From the NCBI RefSeq assembly GCF_009557235.1, contig NZ_CP045650.1:1590001-1622000 (forward strand): a stretch of DNA of 32,000 nt, given 5' to 3'. Shown piece by piece: positions 1 through 8,518 of the stretch. The notes under the pieces were generated by a model. It did not search any database. It was not told the origin of the DNA and saw nothing but the letters and a program-made list of their open reading frames with translations. Both the position numbers and the translations under genes were made by a program. Numbering within the stretch: the stretch's first letter is position 1; each line of letters opens with the position of its first letter. This DNA is from Acinetobacter wanghuae (lineage in GTDB: Bacteria; Pseudomonadota; Gammaproteobacteria; Pseudomonadales; Moraxellaceae).

Positions 1-1490
1 GCTAACAGGAAATCATCGCTACTGGCTTCCGATTCAACTTCAACTGTTTCAGCAATAGCCTCATCAAAACCAAACAAGCCATCTTCGACACTGGCATCAA
101 AAATGATGTGATCTTTTGTTGGCTCAGCAGCTTGAACTACAGTTTCTGCGTTTACAACATGTTGATCCACAACTTCATCTAAAAAATCATCGGATGATGG
201 CTCATGCGCAACCACAGTTGATGACTGAACAGAATCATCTTCAAGTTCATAATCATCATCAAGCGGGAATTCTTCAACCACAGGCTGAACGGTTTTCTGA
301 ACTACTGCTTGCATTTGAGGTTGAGCAATTGCTACCTGTTCAATGGATTGTACGTGTGCAACTTGCTGAACATTAACCGCACTGCTCTGAGGAATTTCAT
401 TGACCTGTAATGGACGGAATGCCAATAAGCGCAGCACCGTCATTTCAAAGCCTTGCTCTTGCGTCACTGCCAGTTGTAAATCCGCACGACCTTTGCAAGC
501 AATTTGATAATACAACTGCAAATCTTGCGCTGATATTGAGCCTGATAATTGCATGATTTTTTGATTAATCTCAGCGCTGTATTTTAGGCTTAGATCTGGC
601 AAATATTGTAATAATGCCAATTCATGCAACATCGAAATCAATTGATCCAACACGAGCGATACATCAAGTGCTTGTTGACGAAACTGGAACAACAACTCAC
701 TGACACGTGACTTGTGATTCTGATGAATCGCCATAATCAGGTCATAAATAATAGTGCGATCAATGAGCCCCAGCATTTCTTTGACATCTTGATGGGCAAT
801 TGCACCTTGACCATAAGCAATGGCTTGATCGGTCAGTGACAACGCATCACGTAGTGACCCTTGCGCAGACTCAGCGATTTGCCAAATGGCATCTTGATCA
901 GCATGAATGCTTTCGAGTCCAAGAATATGACCGAGATGATGCGTAATTTCATCGACTGCCAAGGGACGCAAGGTAAATTGCAAACAGCGTGAAATGACCG
1001 TAATCGGTAGCTTTTGTGGATCTGTCGTTGCAAATAAGAACTTCACATGTTCAGGCGGTTCTTCCAATGTTTTCAATAAAGCATTGAAAGAATGCGTTGA
1101 TAGCATGTGCACTTCATCGATGAGATAGACCTTAAAGCGCCCTTGCGTTGGTGCATACGGCACGTTATCAAGCAGTTCACGCGTATCTTCGACTTTGGTC
1201 CGCGATGCCGCATCAATCTCGATTAAATCGATAAAACGACCTTCATTGACTGCGGTGCAGGTTGGACAAACTTCACATGGGGTCGAAGTCACACCAGTTT
1301 CACAGTTCAAGCACTTCGCCAAAATACGCGCAATGGTGGTTTTCCCGACACCACGTGTTCCCGTAAACAAATACGCATGGTGCAAACGGCCACGCTCAAG
1401 CGCACTCGTTAAGGCACGTGAAACGTGGTTTTGACCCACCAATTCGTTAAAATTACGAGGACGATATTTTCGCGCAAGTACTTGATACAT
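1..1490 (-). CDS. dnaX: DNA polymerase III subunit tau/gamma, N-terminal ~496 codons; C-terminus lies beyond the window edge
   Basis: Reverse-strand ATG at 1490-1488 gives MYQVLARKYRPRNFNELVGQNHV. Walker A is LFTGTRGVGKTTIARI (read from ~1325-1380). Zn module is KCLNCETGVTSTPCEVCPTC (~1262-1320). The SRC motif PITVISRCL lies at ~982-1010. The frame stays open to position 3. It is missing from the supplied ORF track because it runs off the edge. Confidence 0.92.
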   Translation of the reverse strand, partial: MYQVLARKYRPRNFNELVGQNHVSRALTSALERGRLHHAYLFTGTRGVGKTTIARILAKCLNCETGVTSTPCEVCPTCTAVNEGRFIDLIEIDAASRTKVEDTRELLDNVPYAPTQGRFKVYLIDEVHMLSTHSFNALLKTLEEPPEHVKFLFATTDPQKLPITVISRCLQFTLRPLAVDEITHHLGHILGLESIHADQDAIWQIAESAQGSLRDALSLTDQAIAYGQGAIAHQDVKEMLGLIDRTIIYDLIMAIHQNHKSRVSELLFQFRQQALDVSLVLDQLISMLHELALLQYLPDLSLKYSAEINQKIMQLSGSISAQDLQLYYQIACKGRADLQLAVTQEQGFEMTVLRLLAFRPLQVNEIPQSSAVNVQQVAHVQSIEQVAIAQPQMQAVVQKTVQPVVEEFPLDDDYELEDDSVQSSTVVAHEPSSDDFLDEVVDQHVVNAETVVQAAEPTKDHIIFDASVEDGLFGFDEAIAETVEVESEASSDDFLL

Positions 1491-1625
1491 GTATGCTCCT
1501 TTTTACAGGTTTAAGCATACTGTTTTTTTGCTCAATAGTGAAATAAATACAAGACGAGCCATAACAAAAATATGCGGCTAAAATTCAAATGAAATCTATT
1601 TTAAAACAAATGCTTTGGACTCAAA

Positions 1626-2069
1626 TTAGACTTCACGCGCTAAGATAAAATCACTTTGCATTTGATAACGTTTGCCTGTTTGATCTTCACGTATTTCTAA
1701 AACTTGGCTTTCAAGGTCAATAAATAACAGATTTCGCTTTGTCACTTGTAGCAGTTCAACTTTGTTTGCATCCTTTGAATCAAAATGCAGATGACCTTGG
1801 ATGGTTTCGACCTCATTATTTCCACTCATACTTTCCCGATACAAAGTATAAGTCTGGTCTTCATGCAAACTTAAGCTAACCGCCATACCTGGACAATCTT
1901 CACAACGTGACAAACAGCCCATACAAGGTGTTGTACCCTGATAATCCCCGACCCACTGTGGAATGTGCGCTTTAGCTTGAATAGCTTCTTTAGATGAAAC
2001 TTGTGTTTGATCCTGACAGCCCGGAAGTACCGAAGTCATCATTAAAGGGATCAAAATTACACGTTTCAT
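1626..2069 (-). CDS. Lipoprotein with NlpE-N-terminal-like (copper-resistance/Cpx-sensing family) domain
   Basis: Signal peptide plus lipobox (MKRVILIPLMMTSVLPGC). Motif YQGTTPCMGCLSRCEDCPGMAVSLSL resembles the NlpE N-domain Y-x-G-x-x-P-C-A-D-C-x-G pattern. Confidence 0.55.
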   Translation of the reverse strand: MKRVILIPLMMTSVLPGCQDQTQVSSKEAIQAKAHIPQWVGDYQGTTPCMGCLSRCEDCPGMAVSLSLHEDQTYTLYRESMSGNNEVETIQGHLHFDSKDANKVELLQVTKRNLLFIDLESQVLEIREDQTGKRYQMQSDFILAREV

Positions 2070-2150
2070 CGTTACACATCGTCAAATATATTAGCCGCGA
2101 CAAAATAACACAAGTTCGCGACTAGGTTCAGTGCATTTTTAGAACACCGA

Positions 2151-3395
2151 CTAAAACCAACCTTTGCTACCTTTGAGCACCTGATCAGCACAGCGCAAGG
2201 TTTCTTGGGTCAATCCCCATAAACGATAATCGCCGGTGATGGACCCTGTCGGGAAATTATGGGTATAAGCAAAGCTTAACCCACGCTCAGGATCGCACCA
2301 TGCGCCTGAACCATTAAATCCGATATGCCCAAAGCCCTTAGATGATTTACCTAAACTCAGCACACGGTGATAGCCCAAGCGCCAATGCATCGGCAAAGGC
2401 ATGACCCGATCCCGTTTTGTATATTGCACTTGGCTTAAACGCTGAAAAACAGGTGCTGAAATGAATTGCTGTTCCTCAAAATGCCCACCTTGGGCAAGCA
2501 TGGCGTAGATCTTGGCAAGACTCGGTGCACTAAACACCCCATTTGCCGCAGGAATGATCGCTTTAAGACTCGCATCGCTAAACATATTGAATTTGCTCAT
2601 GCCTTTGGGAATCATGGCATCTTGAAAGTCTTGTGGATTCTGCCCACTTTTTTCAATTGCCTTTTCCATCAAGCTTGGTTTTCGGACTTGAGATGACTTT
2701 GCTGTTTGAGCCGTAGATTTGGGGTTAAATATCGGACGGGCTACACGCTGTAATTCTGAATCAGGCACACCAAAATACGCCCCATCTAAATTTAAAGGCT
2801 TGACCAAATACTGTTGCATAAGATCGGCTAGCCGTTCACCGGTGGCTTTTTCAATCGCACCGCCAATTTGCCAACCAAATGTCAGCGGTTGATATGCAGC
2901 GTCTGTCGCGACTTGAAAGCGGGGTTTAGCTGCGGCAATCACATTTAGCATATGTGACCAATCCGCCATTTCGGCAGCATCGTCAATTAAATGACGAATA
3001 TCAAATAAGCCACTTTGATGACTGAGCATATGCGCTAGAGTAATTTCATCCTTACCATTTTGAGCAAACTCAGGCCAATATTCAGCCACAGGTCGGTCAT
3101 ACTCAAGCCGCCCTTCACTCACCAAAATATGCGCAAGCGTTGCCAAGACACCTTTGCCGGTGGAGTAACACACGGACAGCGTGTCATTTTGCCATTGTTC
3201 TGTTGCTGATTTTTGTCCGGTATAAATATCAACGACTTTTTGATTTTGAAAATACACGGTTAATGCCGCGCCACCGGCATCACTGCGTGCATGTTGAAAA
3301 CGGCTAAACTGCGTGGCTAAATCTTGAAAGCGTGGGTCGACATGTCCTGCATAATGATCTTTATCCGCCAACAGATAATCTTTAATCGCGTGCAT
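2151..3395 (-). CDS. Serine hydrolase, beta-lactamase/esterase (class C-like, EstB-type) family
   Basis: S-x-x-K nucleophile motif (CYSTGKGV); length and composition are typical of beta-lactamase-fold esterases. The track start at 3410 is TTG. The in-frame ATG at 3395 has GAGGG 8 nt upstream, so I prefer 3395. Confidence 0.78.
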   Translation of the reverse strand: MHAIKDYLLADKDHYAGHVDPRFQDLATQFSRFQHARSDAGGAALTVYFQNQKVVDIYTGQKSATEQWQNDTLSVCYSTGKGVLATLAHILVSEGRLEYDRPVAEYWPEFAQNGKDEITLAHMLSHQSGLFDIRHLIDDAAEMADWSHMLNVIAAAKPRFQVATDAAYQPLTFGWQIGGAIEKATGERLADLMQQYLVKPLNLDGAYFGVPDSELQRVARPIFNPKSTAQTAKSSQVRKPSLMEKAIEKSGQNPQDFQDAMIPKGMSKFNMFSDASLKAIIPAANGVFSAPSLAKIYAMLAQGGHFEEQQFISAPVFQRLSQVQYTKRDRVMPLPMHWRLGYHRVLSLGKSSKGFGHIGFNGSGAWCDPERGLSFAYTHNFPTGSITGDYRLWGLTQETLRCADQVLKGSKGWF

Positions 3396-3431
3396 CCTTG
3401 CATCCCTCAAAAGTCTTTTATGCTTGAACTC

Positions 3432-3464
3432 AAATAAAAAAGCCTAAAACAGGTTTAGGCTTTT
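3432..3464 (-). terminator. Rho-independent terminator after the MaoC/HtdX-like gene
   Basis: Stem GCCTAAA(3442-3448)/TTTAGGC(3454-3460), extended by A/T pairs. On the minus strand it is followed by a T6 run (A-run 3436-3441 on plus). Confidence 0.6.
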
Positions 3465-3473
3465 CAAGATCGA

Positions 3474-4328
3474 TCAGATGGCTTTGATACTGCCCGATAC
3501 ATGCGGTTTTTGCGACTTACTGTTTCGAATCAGGAAGTCAGTATCTTGACCAGATGTTGCTGTGGCAAATTGCACTTTAGATGGTAAATACATCGGCAGT
3601 TTAAACCAAACATCGGCCTCATAAGCATCCGGTAGGCTTAAACTTGCCAACGCTCGTGCCTTACTCCACATGCCATGTGCAATGGCTTGTTTAAAGCCAA
3701 AGGCTTTTGCGGTAATGGCATGGATATGAATTAAGTTAAAGTCACCTGAGGTCAAGGCATAACGACGTCCAGTATTTTCAGACACGTTCCATTCTGCATT
3801 GACTTCATAATTCGACACTTTGGCATCGGCCGCTTTAGGCACAGCTTTACCGTCTGACTTTTGACGCGACAAATAGGTGGTTAACGCTTCAACGACTACA
3901 TCGTTGCCCACTTTAACGGTCGTGATGAAGTCAAACTGTACGCCTTTTTCATGCGGCTGTAGTTCGCCAAATTTGCATGACAAAGTCAGTTGTTCATTCA
4001 CGCCAATTTTACGGTATTGCTTGATTTGGTTACGAATATGCACCAAACCTAAAATTGGAAATGGGAACGCTTCAGAAGTCATCATATGCATCTGTAAGCT
4101 TTGCGATAACACCGTTAAGTAAATCGCAGGAATATGGCCATTGTTTTTAAAACCACAGACTTCGTTATAGGCTTTTAAATGTTTTGCATCAACGTTGAGT
4201 GAATCCACCACATATTCAACTTGCGGCAAAACTTTTTCACCTTTGGGTTTCTTTAAAATCAAACCTTGAATGACTTTTGGATAAGCAAGATACGGTTTTG
4301 GAAGTTGACTAAAATGGCGTGTATTCAT
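3474..4328 (-). CDS. MaoC-like (R)-specific hydroxyacyl-CoA dehydratase, double hotdog, HtdX-like
   Basis: 284 aa. C-terminal MaoC signature region SGDFNLIHIHAITAKAFGFKQAIAHGMW. Lies immediately downstream of a long FabG4-like reductase, as in the mycobacterial fabG4-htdX pair. SD AAGG sits 8 nt before the ATG. Confidence 0.8.
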   Translation of the reverse strand: MNTRHFSQLPKPYLAYPKVIQGLILKKPKGEKVLPQVEYVVDSLNVDAKHLKAYNEVCGFKNNGHIPAIYLTVLSQSLQMHMMTSEAFPFPILGLVHIRNQIKQYRKIGVNEQLTLSCKFGELQPHEKGVQFDFITTVKVGNDVVVEALTTYLSRQKSDGKAVPKAADAKVSNYEVNAEWNVSENTGRRYALTSGDFNLIHIHAITAKAFGFKQAIAHGMWSKARALASLSLPDAYEADVWFKLPMYLPSKVQFATATSGQDTDFLIRNSKSQKPHVSGSIKAI

Positions 4329-4365
4329 AGTGAACCTTTAATTTTTTCTAATTCAATACAGATAG

Positions 4366-4479
4366 TTAGAGAGAGGGTTAATCGTTTTTTATTCCCATGC
4401 TATTTTTAATCCCTCCTAACCTCCCTTTAAAAAAGGGAGGAAAGCCCCCCCCTTTTACAAAGGGGGATTTAGGGGGATT
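4366..4479. repeat. Composite REP-like intergenic repeat (three units, two strong hairpins)
   Basis: GTTAGAGAGAGGG (4366-4378) is identical to 31284-31296. AATCCCTCCTAACCTCCCTTTAAAAAAGGGAGG (4409-4441) matches 31204-31236 at 31/33 and forms a 9-bp stem CCTCCCTTT/AAAGGGAGG. A second hairpin is CCCCCTTT-tac-AAAGGGGG (4448-4466), followed by ATTTAGGGGGA. Confidence 0.75.
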
Positions 4480-4486
4480 ACAATGA

Positions 4487-5878
4487 TTAAGCCCCTAACA
4501 AACTCTGACCGCAAACACGAACCACGTTACCGTTTAAGCCAGTTGATGCAGTCGCAGCAAACATGGCAATGGTTTCAGCCACGTCGACCGGTAAACCACC
4601 TTGGCTCATCGAGTTCATACGGCGACCTGCTTCACGAATCGCAAATGGAATTGCAGCGGTCATTTGTGTTTCGATAAAACCAGGTGCAACGGCGTTAATG
4701 GTAATGCCATTTTTCAGGGTAGGTGCTGTAAATTTCACAATCCCAATCACACCGGCTTTAGACGCTGCGTAGTTAGTTTGACCCAAGTTACCCGCAATGC
4801 CTGAGATTGAAGATACACACACAATACGACCATTGGCATTGAGACCATCGTTTGACAACAAATAGTCATTTACGCGTTCAATCGCAGACAAGTTGATGTT
4901 AATCACCAAGTCCCAAAGCTCAGGCTTCATATTTGCCAAGGTCTTATCACGCGTAATACCAGCATTGTGCACGATGATATCTAAACCACCTTTTGCCGCT
5001 GCCGCTTCTTTAATTTTTTGACCTGCATCTGCTGCGGTAATATCAATACCGAGTGTCGAACCACCGATTTCACTTGCTACACGATCAAGATCGGCTTGTT
5101 GTTGTGGTACATCTAAACAAATCACATGCGCGCCATCACGTGCCAAGACATGCGCAATCGCTTCACCAATACCGCGGCTTGCACCAGTCACCACAGCAGT
5201 TTTGCCTGCAAGTGGTTTTGCCCAATCAACATCAATAGTGTCAGCTTTTGACACGCGAATCACTTGACCTGATACATAAGCCGAACGCGGAGAAATCGCA
5301 AAACGTAGTGCAGACTCAAGGTTCGCTTCAGCACCGTCATCGACATAAATCAGGTTTGCAGCGATACCCTTTTTAAATTCTTTACCGACAGATTTTACAA
5401 AACCTTCAAGTGCACGTTGTGCAATCGCTTGTTTTACGGTTTTAGCCGATTCAGGTGTAGTCCCCACAACAACCACGCGACCAGATGCTTGAATCTGACG
5501 GGCAATTGGATTGAAGAACTCATAAAGTGATTTTAATTGCTCAGAATCTTGGATGCCTGATGCATCAAAGATAACAACTTTAAACTTAGATTCTTTGTCA
5601 CCTGAATTAAACGCGCTAAGGTTTAAACCTGCTTGAGCAGCTGCTTGTTGTAACTCTGCATTATTACCTGCATAACTATTGGCATGAACATTTGCAAGCA
5701 CTTGAGAAATTGCAGCAGTTAATGAACTTGTAGGTGCCGCACCGAATAACACCGCACCTTTCACAACAGGTGTAGCTGAATCAAAACGATCTAGCGAAGT
5801 TGGTGATGGCAGACCCAAATTTTTAATGACAAATTTACCAATGGGAGATTTTGCGAAAGTTTGATATTGGTCAGTCAT
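4487..5878 (-). CDS. High-molecular-weight 3-oxoacyl-(ACP/CoA) reductase, SDR with N-terminal extra domain (FabG4-like)
   Basis: 463 aa. The C-terminal SDR domain has TAVVTGASRGIGEAIA (TGxxxGxG), NAG and YAASKAG (YxxxK). A ~220 aa N-terminal non-catalytic domain matches the FabG4 architecture. Confidence 0.85.
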   Translation of the reverse strand: MTDQYQTFAKSPIGKFVIKNLGLPSPTSLDRFDSATPVVKGAVLFGAAPTSSLTAAISQVLANVHANSYAGNNAELQQAAAQAGLNLSAFNSGDKESKFKVVIFDASGIQDSEQLKSLYEFFNPIARQIQASGRVVVVGTTPESAKTVKQAIAQRALEGFVKSVGKEFKKGIAANLIYVDDGAEANLESALRFAISPRSAYVSGQVIRVSKADTIDVDWAKPLAGKTAVVTGASRGIGEAIAHVLARDGAHVICLDVPQQQADLDRVASEIGGSTLGIDITAADAGQKIKEAAAAKGGLDIIVHNAGITRDKTLANMKPELWDLVININLSAIERVNDYLLSNDGLNANGRIVCVSSISGIAGNLGQTNYAASKAGVIGIVKFTAPTLKNGITINAVAPGFIETQMTAAIPFAIREAGRRMNSMSQGGLPVDVAETIAMFAATASTGLNGNVVRVCGQSLLGA

Positions 5879-6118
5879 GTTTATTATCTCTCATACAAAT
5901 TAATTTTTGATTGATCTAAAGTTATCCTTTAACTTTAATATGATGTCAGAGACTTATATTTCAATAGATCCATCAGTTTCTTATTCATCATACTTGAGAT
6001 ACTTTATGGATGTCTTGACCTGAGCGCATTCTCTAATGTCATTGGAGTCAATTCAGGCTATAGTCAACTATGCTAATGTAGCACACAATAAGATGATCAA
6101 TTTGCTTGGAAAAGCCTT

Positions 6119-7621
6119 ATGAGCAAAACAACTCAAGAAAATCCAACAGTCGAAAAATCTGCCACAGAAAATGTGTCAAAACCATCAACACGTAGCAAAA
6201 CGAACACCACTGCTTCTGTTGATAGCAAAACTTCGAAAACACCGCGTACGCGTACGACATCTCCTCGTAGCAAAAGTACCACTCAAAAACAAACAACTTC
6301 TGAACCTATTACACCGTCTTCTGTTCAACAGGATAAAATTATGAGCCAAAACACTGTTCGCCGCGTTGCTATTATTGGCGGTAACCGTATTCCATTCGCA
6401 CGTTCAAATGGTGCGTACTTTACTGCGTCAAACTCAGATATGTTTACTACAGCATTAAATGGTCTTGTTGAACGTTTTAATCTTCAAGGGAAACGTCTAG
6501 GTGAAGTGGTTGCGGGTGCTGTGCTGAAACACAGTCGTGATTTTAATATGACTCGTGAATGTGTACTCAATACTGCCCTTGCACCAGAAACCCCAGCTTA
6601 CGATATTCAACAAGCCTGTGGTACAGGTTTACAAGCAGCATTCTTAGTGGCAAATAAAATTGCACTCGGTCAAATTGAAGTCGGTGTTGCAGGTGGTGTA
6701 GATACCACATCGGATGCGCCAATTGCATTTGGTGACGGTTTACGTAAAGCGTTGCTTGAACTGAACATTGCTAAAACGGGTAAAGACCGTATTAAAGCTT
6801 TGACTAAAATTAATGTTAAAGATTTAATGGATGCACCCAAAAATGGTGAACCGCGTACTGGTCTTTCTATGGGTGATCATCAAGCAATTACAACGCTTGA
6901 ATGGGGAATCTCTCGTGAAGCACAAGATGAACTTGCTGCATCTTCACATCAAAAAATGGCAGCGGCTTATGAAGAAGGTTTCTTCGATGACTTAATTACA
7001 CCATTCTTAGGTTTAGAGCGTGACAACAACCTACGTGCTGATTCTTCAGTTGAAAAACTAGCGAAGTTAAAACCTGCATTTGGTAAAGGCGATGCGCGTA
7101 CTATGACTGCAGGTAACTCAACGCCACTGACTGATGGTGCATCATGTGTACTTTTAGCGTCTGAAGAATGGGCAAAAGCCAATGGTCACGAAGTTTTAGC
7201 ATACCTAAGTTTCCAAGAAGCGGCTGCTGTTGATTTTGTTGAGAAAAAAGAAGGTTTGTTGATGGCACCTGCTTATGCAGTGCCACGTATGCTTGAACGC
7301 GCAGGTCTGAAACTGCAAGATTTTGACTATTACGAAATCCATGAAGCATTTGCATCTCAAGTACTCTCTACCCTGAAAGCGTGGGAAGATCCGAAATTCT
7401 GTAAAGAACGTTTAGGCTTAGATGCGCCATTAGGTTCAATTGACCGTGCAAAATTAAACGTAAAAGGTTCATCTCTTGCTGCAGGTCACCCATTTGCGGC
7501 AACCGGTGGTCGTATTATCGCAACGGCGGCAAAACTTCTTAGCCAGAAAGGCTCAGGTCGTGTACTTGTATCGATCTGTGCGGCTGGTGGTCAAGGTGTA
7601 ACGGCAATTATTGAAAAATAA
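6119..7621 (+). CDS. Acetyl-CoA C-acyltransferase (thiolase, FadA2-like); core probably starts at 6341, and the upstream 74 codons are a low-complexity extension of uncertain reality
   Basis: Thiolase core is VRRVAIIGGNRIPFARSNGAY ... QACGTGLQA (active-site Cys) ... GNSTPLTDGAS ... CAAGGQG. The internal ATG at 6341 has AGGA 7 nt upstream. The ATG at 6119 has only a weak GGAA. Confidence 0.85.
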   Translation: MSKTTQENPTVEKSATENVSKPSTRSKTNTTASVDSKTSKTPRTRTTSPRSKSTTQKQTTSEPITPSSVQQDKIMSQNTVRRVAIIGGNRIPFARSNGAYFTASNSDMFTTALNGLVERFNLQGKRLGEVVAGAVLKHSRDFNMTRECVLNTALAPETPAYDIQQACGTGLQAAFLVANKIALGQIEVGVAGGVDTTSDAPIAFGDGLRKALLELNIAKTGKDRIKALTKINVKDLMDAPKNGEPRTGLSMGDHQAITTLEWGISREAQDELAASSHQKMAAAYEEGFFDDLITPFLGLERDNNLRADSSVEKLAKLKPAFGKGDARTMTAGNSTPLTDGASCVLLASEEWAKANGHEVLAYLSFQEAAAVDFVEKKEGLLMAPAYAVPRMLERAGLKLQDFDYYEIHEAFASQVLSTLKAWEDPKFCKERLGLDAPLGSIDRAKLNVKGSSLAAGHPFAATGGRIIATAAKLLSQKGSGRVLVSICAAGGQGVTAIIEK

Positions 7622-7636
7622 TCGATCACTTAGAGC

Positions 7637-7667
7637 AAAAAAAAGCCCCTTATAAAGGGGCTTTCTT
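7637..7667. terminator. Bidirectional rho-independent terminator between convergent thiolase and CPBP genes
   Basis: Perfect 10-bp stem AAAGCCCCTT(7642-7651)/AAGGGGCTTT(7655-7664) with loop ATA. An A-run lies upstream and a T-rich tract downstream. Confidence 0.75.
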
Positions 7668-7689
7668 GTGCAACATCGTAAGTTATGTC

Positions 7690-8421
7690 TTAAGTCAACA
7701 TGGTCACTGCTTTTAATAAAAGAACCCCACCTAATGATAAAACCCCATTATTCATAAAGTGAATCAGCAAGACATGCCAAATATTCCGTGTCCATATATA
7801 AATAAGATTCAAAAATAGTCCTGCAACCATAAAGCTTGAGGTCGCAATAAGATCTCCACCGAAATTATGGTAATGAATAAGTCCAAACACAATTGAGTTC
7901 AAAAGCACAACGACAACTCTAAATAAAATATTTGGAATAAATAACTTATGCAACAAAGTATATCTAAAGACAATGTCTTCAATCAGCGCCATAAATAATG
8001 GACCAAAAGAAATAAATAATAGAGTGAAAAATGCAATAGATTGAGGATCTATACTTTTTTCAAAATTTTCACTCGTTGCTGATATAGGCAAAATTGATTT
8101 GGTTAAGCTAATCACCACCTGCAATAAAACCGCACCAACGATCACTACTCCCCAAGATTTCCATTTGGCTTGATTAAAATAAAACCAATGTTCGGTCAAC
8201 ATTCTTTTATAAATGACGCATAGAATTAAAAAGAGAATTCCTCTAAAAAGACTATCCGCAATGGCAATATTCATTTGATCTGTAAAGATCAAACTTGCTA
8301 GCCATGCATTGATAAAAATCAAAGGAATGAGCAACAAGGCAAAGCTATCTTTAAGCTGCCAACTGATTTGATTTGGAAAATTTTCAGCGCGTACGATTTC
8401 TTGAAATTTCATTATTCTCAA
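7690..8421 (-). CDS. CPBP-family intramembrane glutamic endopeptidase (CAAX protease/bacteriocin-processing family)
   Basis: Polytopic membrane protein with the three CPBP motifs: IEDIVFR (E-E/D-xxx-R), FGLIH (FxxxH) and HFMNN (HxxxN). Confidence 0.75.
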   Translation of the reverse strand: MRIMKFQEIVRAENFPNQISWQLKDSFALLLIPLIFINAWLASLIFTDQMNIAIADSLFRGILFLILCVIYKRMLTEHWFYFNQAKWKSWGVVIVGAVLLQVVISLTKSILPISATSENFEKSIDPQSIAFFTLLFISFGPLFMALIEDIVFRYTLLHKLFIPNILFRVVVVLLNSIVFGLIHYHNFGGDLIATSSFMVAGLFLNLIYIWTRNIWHVLLIHFMNNGVLSLGGVLLLKAVTMLT

Positions 8422-8518
8422 TCTTCATTATTCAATTCATTTTATGACGAGACTATAAAATCTCAGCATCGTTTTAACACAGCTCAAATTCAAGAAAGCA
8501 ACCTGCACTACTTAGATA

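Noticed and set aside
116-376. Track ORFs lying antisense to, or out of frame within, confidently called genes: 116-376, 833-1033, 1195-1434, 2466-2696, 3877-4122, 4483-4804 group, 5053-5238, 6967-7355, 8961-9167, 12296-12607, 13448-13633, 15113-15442, 18785-18979, 21094-21276, 21853-22047, 23279-23620, 24250-25257 group, 26263-26463, 28854-29701 group, 30186-30485, 31461-31736.
   Set aside because: Each overlaps a gene with strong family motifs. Their translations are low-complexity or biased (Q/H/L-rich mirror frames), and none has a recognisable motif or a good SD. They are most likely shadow ORFs.
555-563. Possible dnaX programmed -1 frameshift site (A6 run on the coding strand).
   Set aside because: The in-frame reading is CAA AAA ATC (Q-K-I), which is not an X XXY YYZ heptamer in the zero frame. 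It lies near codon 310, far from the E. coli site (~430). I found no A AAA AAG heptamer in the visible part of the gene.
1491-1529. Hairpin GTATGCT(1491-1497)/AGCATAC(1514-1520) followed by T7 on the plus strand, abutting the dnaX start and overlapping its GGAG Shine-Dalgarno.
   Set aside because: The stem is only 7 bp with a 16-nt loop. No plus-strand gene is present for it to terminate, and on the minus strand it lacks a T-run. SD occlusion is conceivable but not supportable from sequence alone. I also looked here for an SRP RNA, which lies upstream of dnaX in some bacteria, and found no SRP-like conserved motif.
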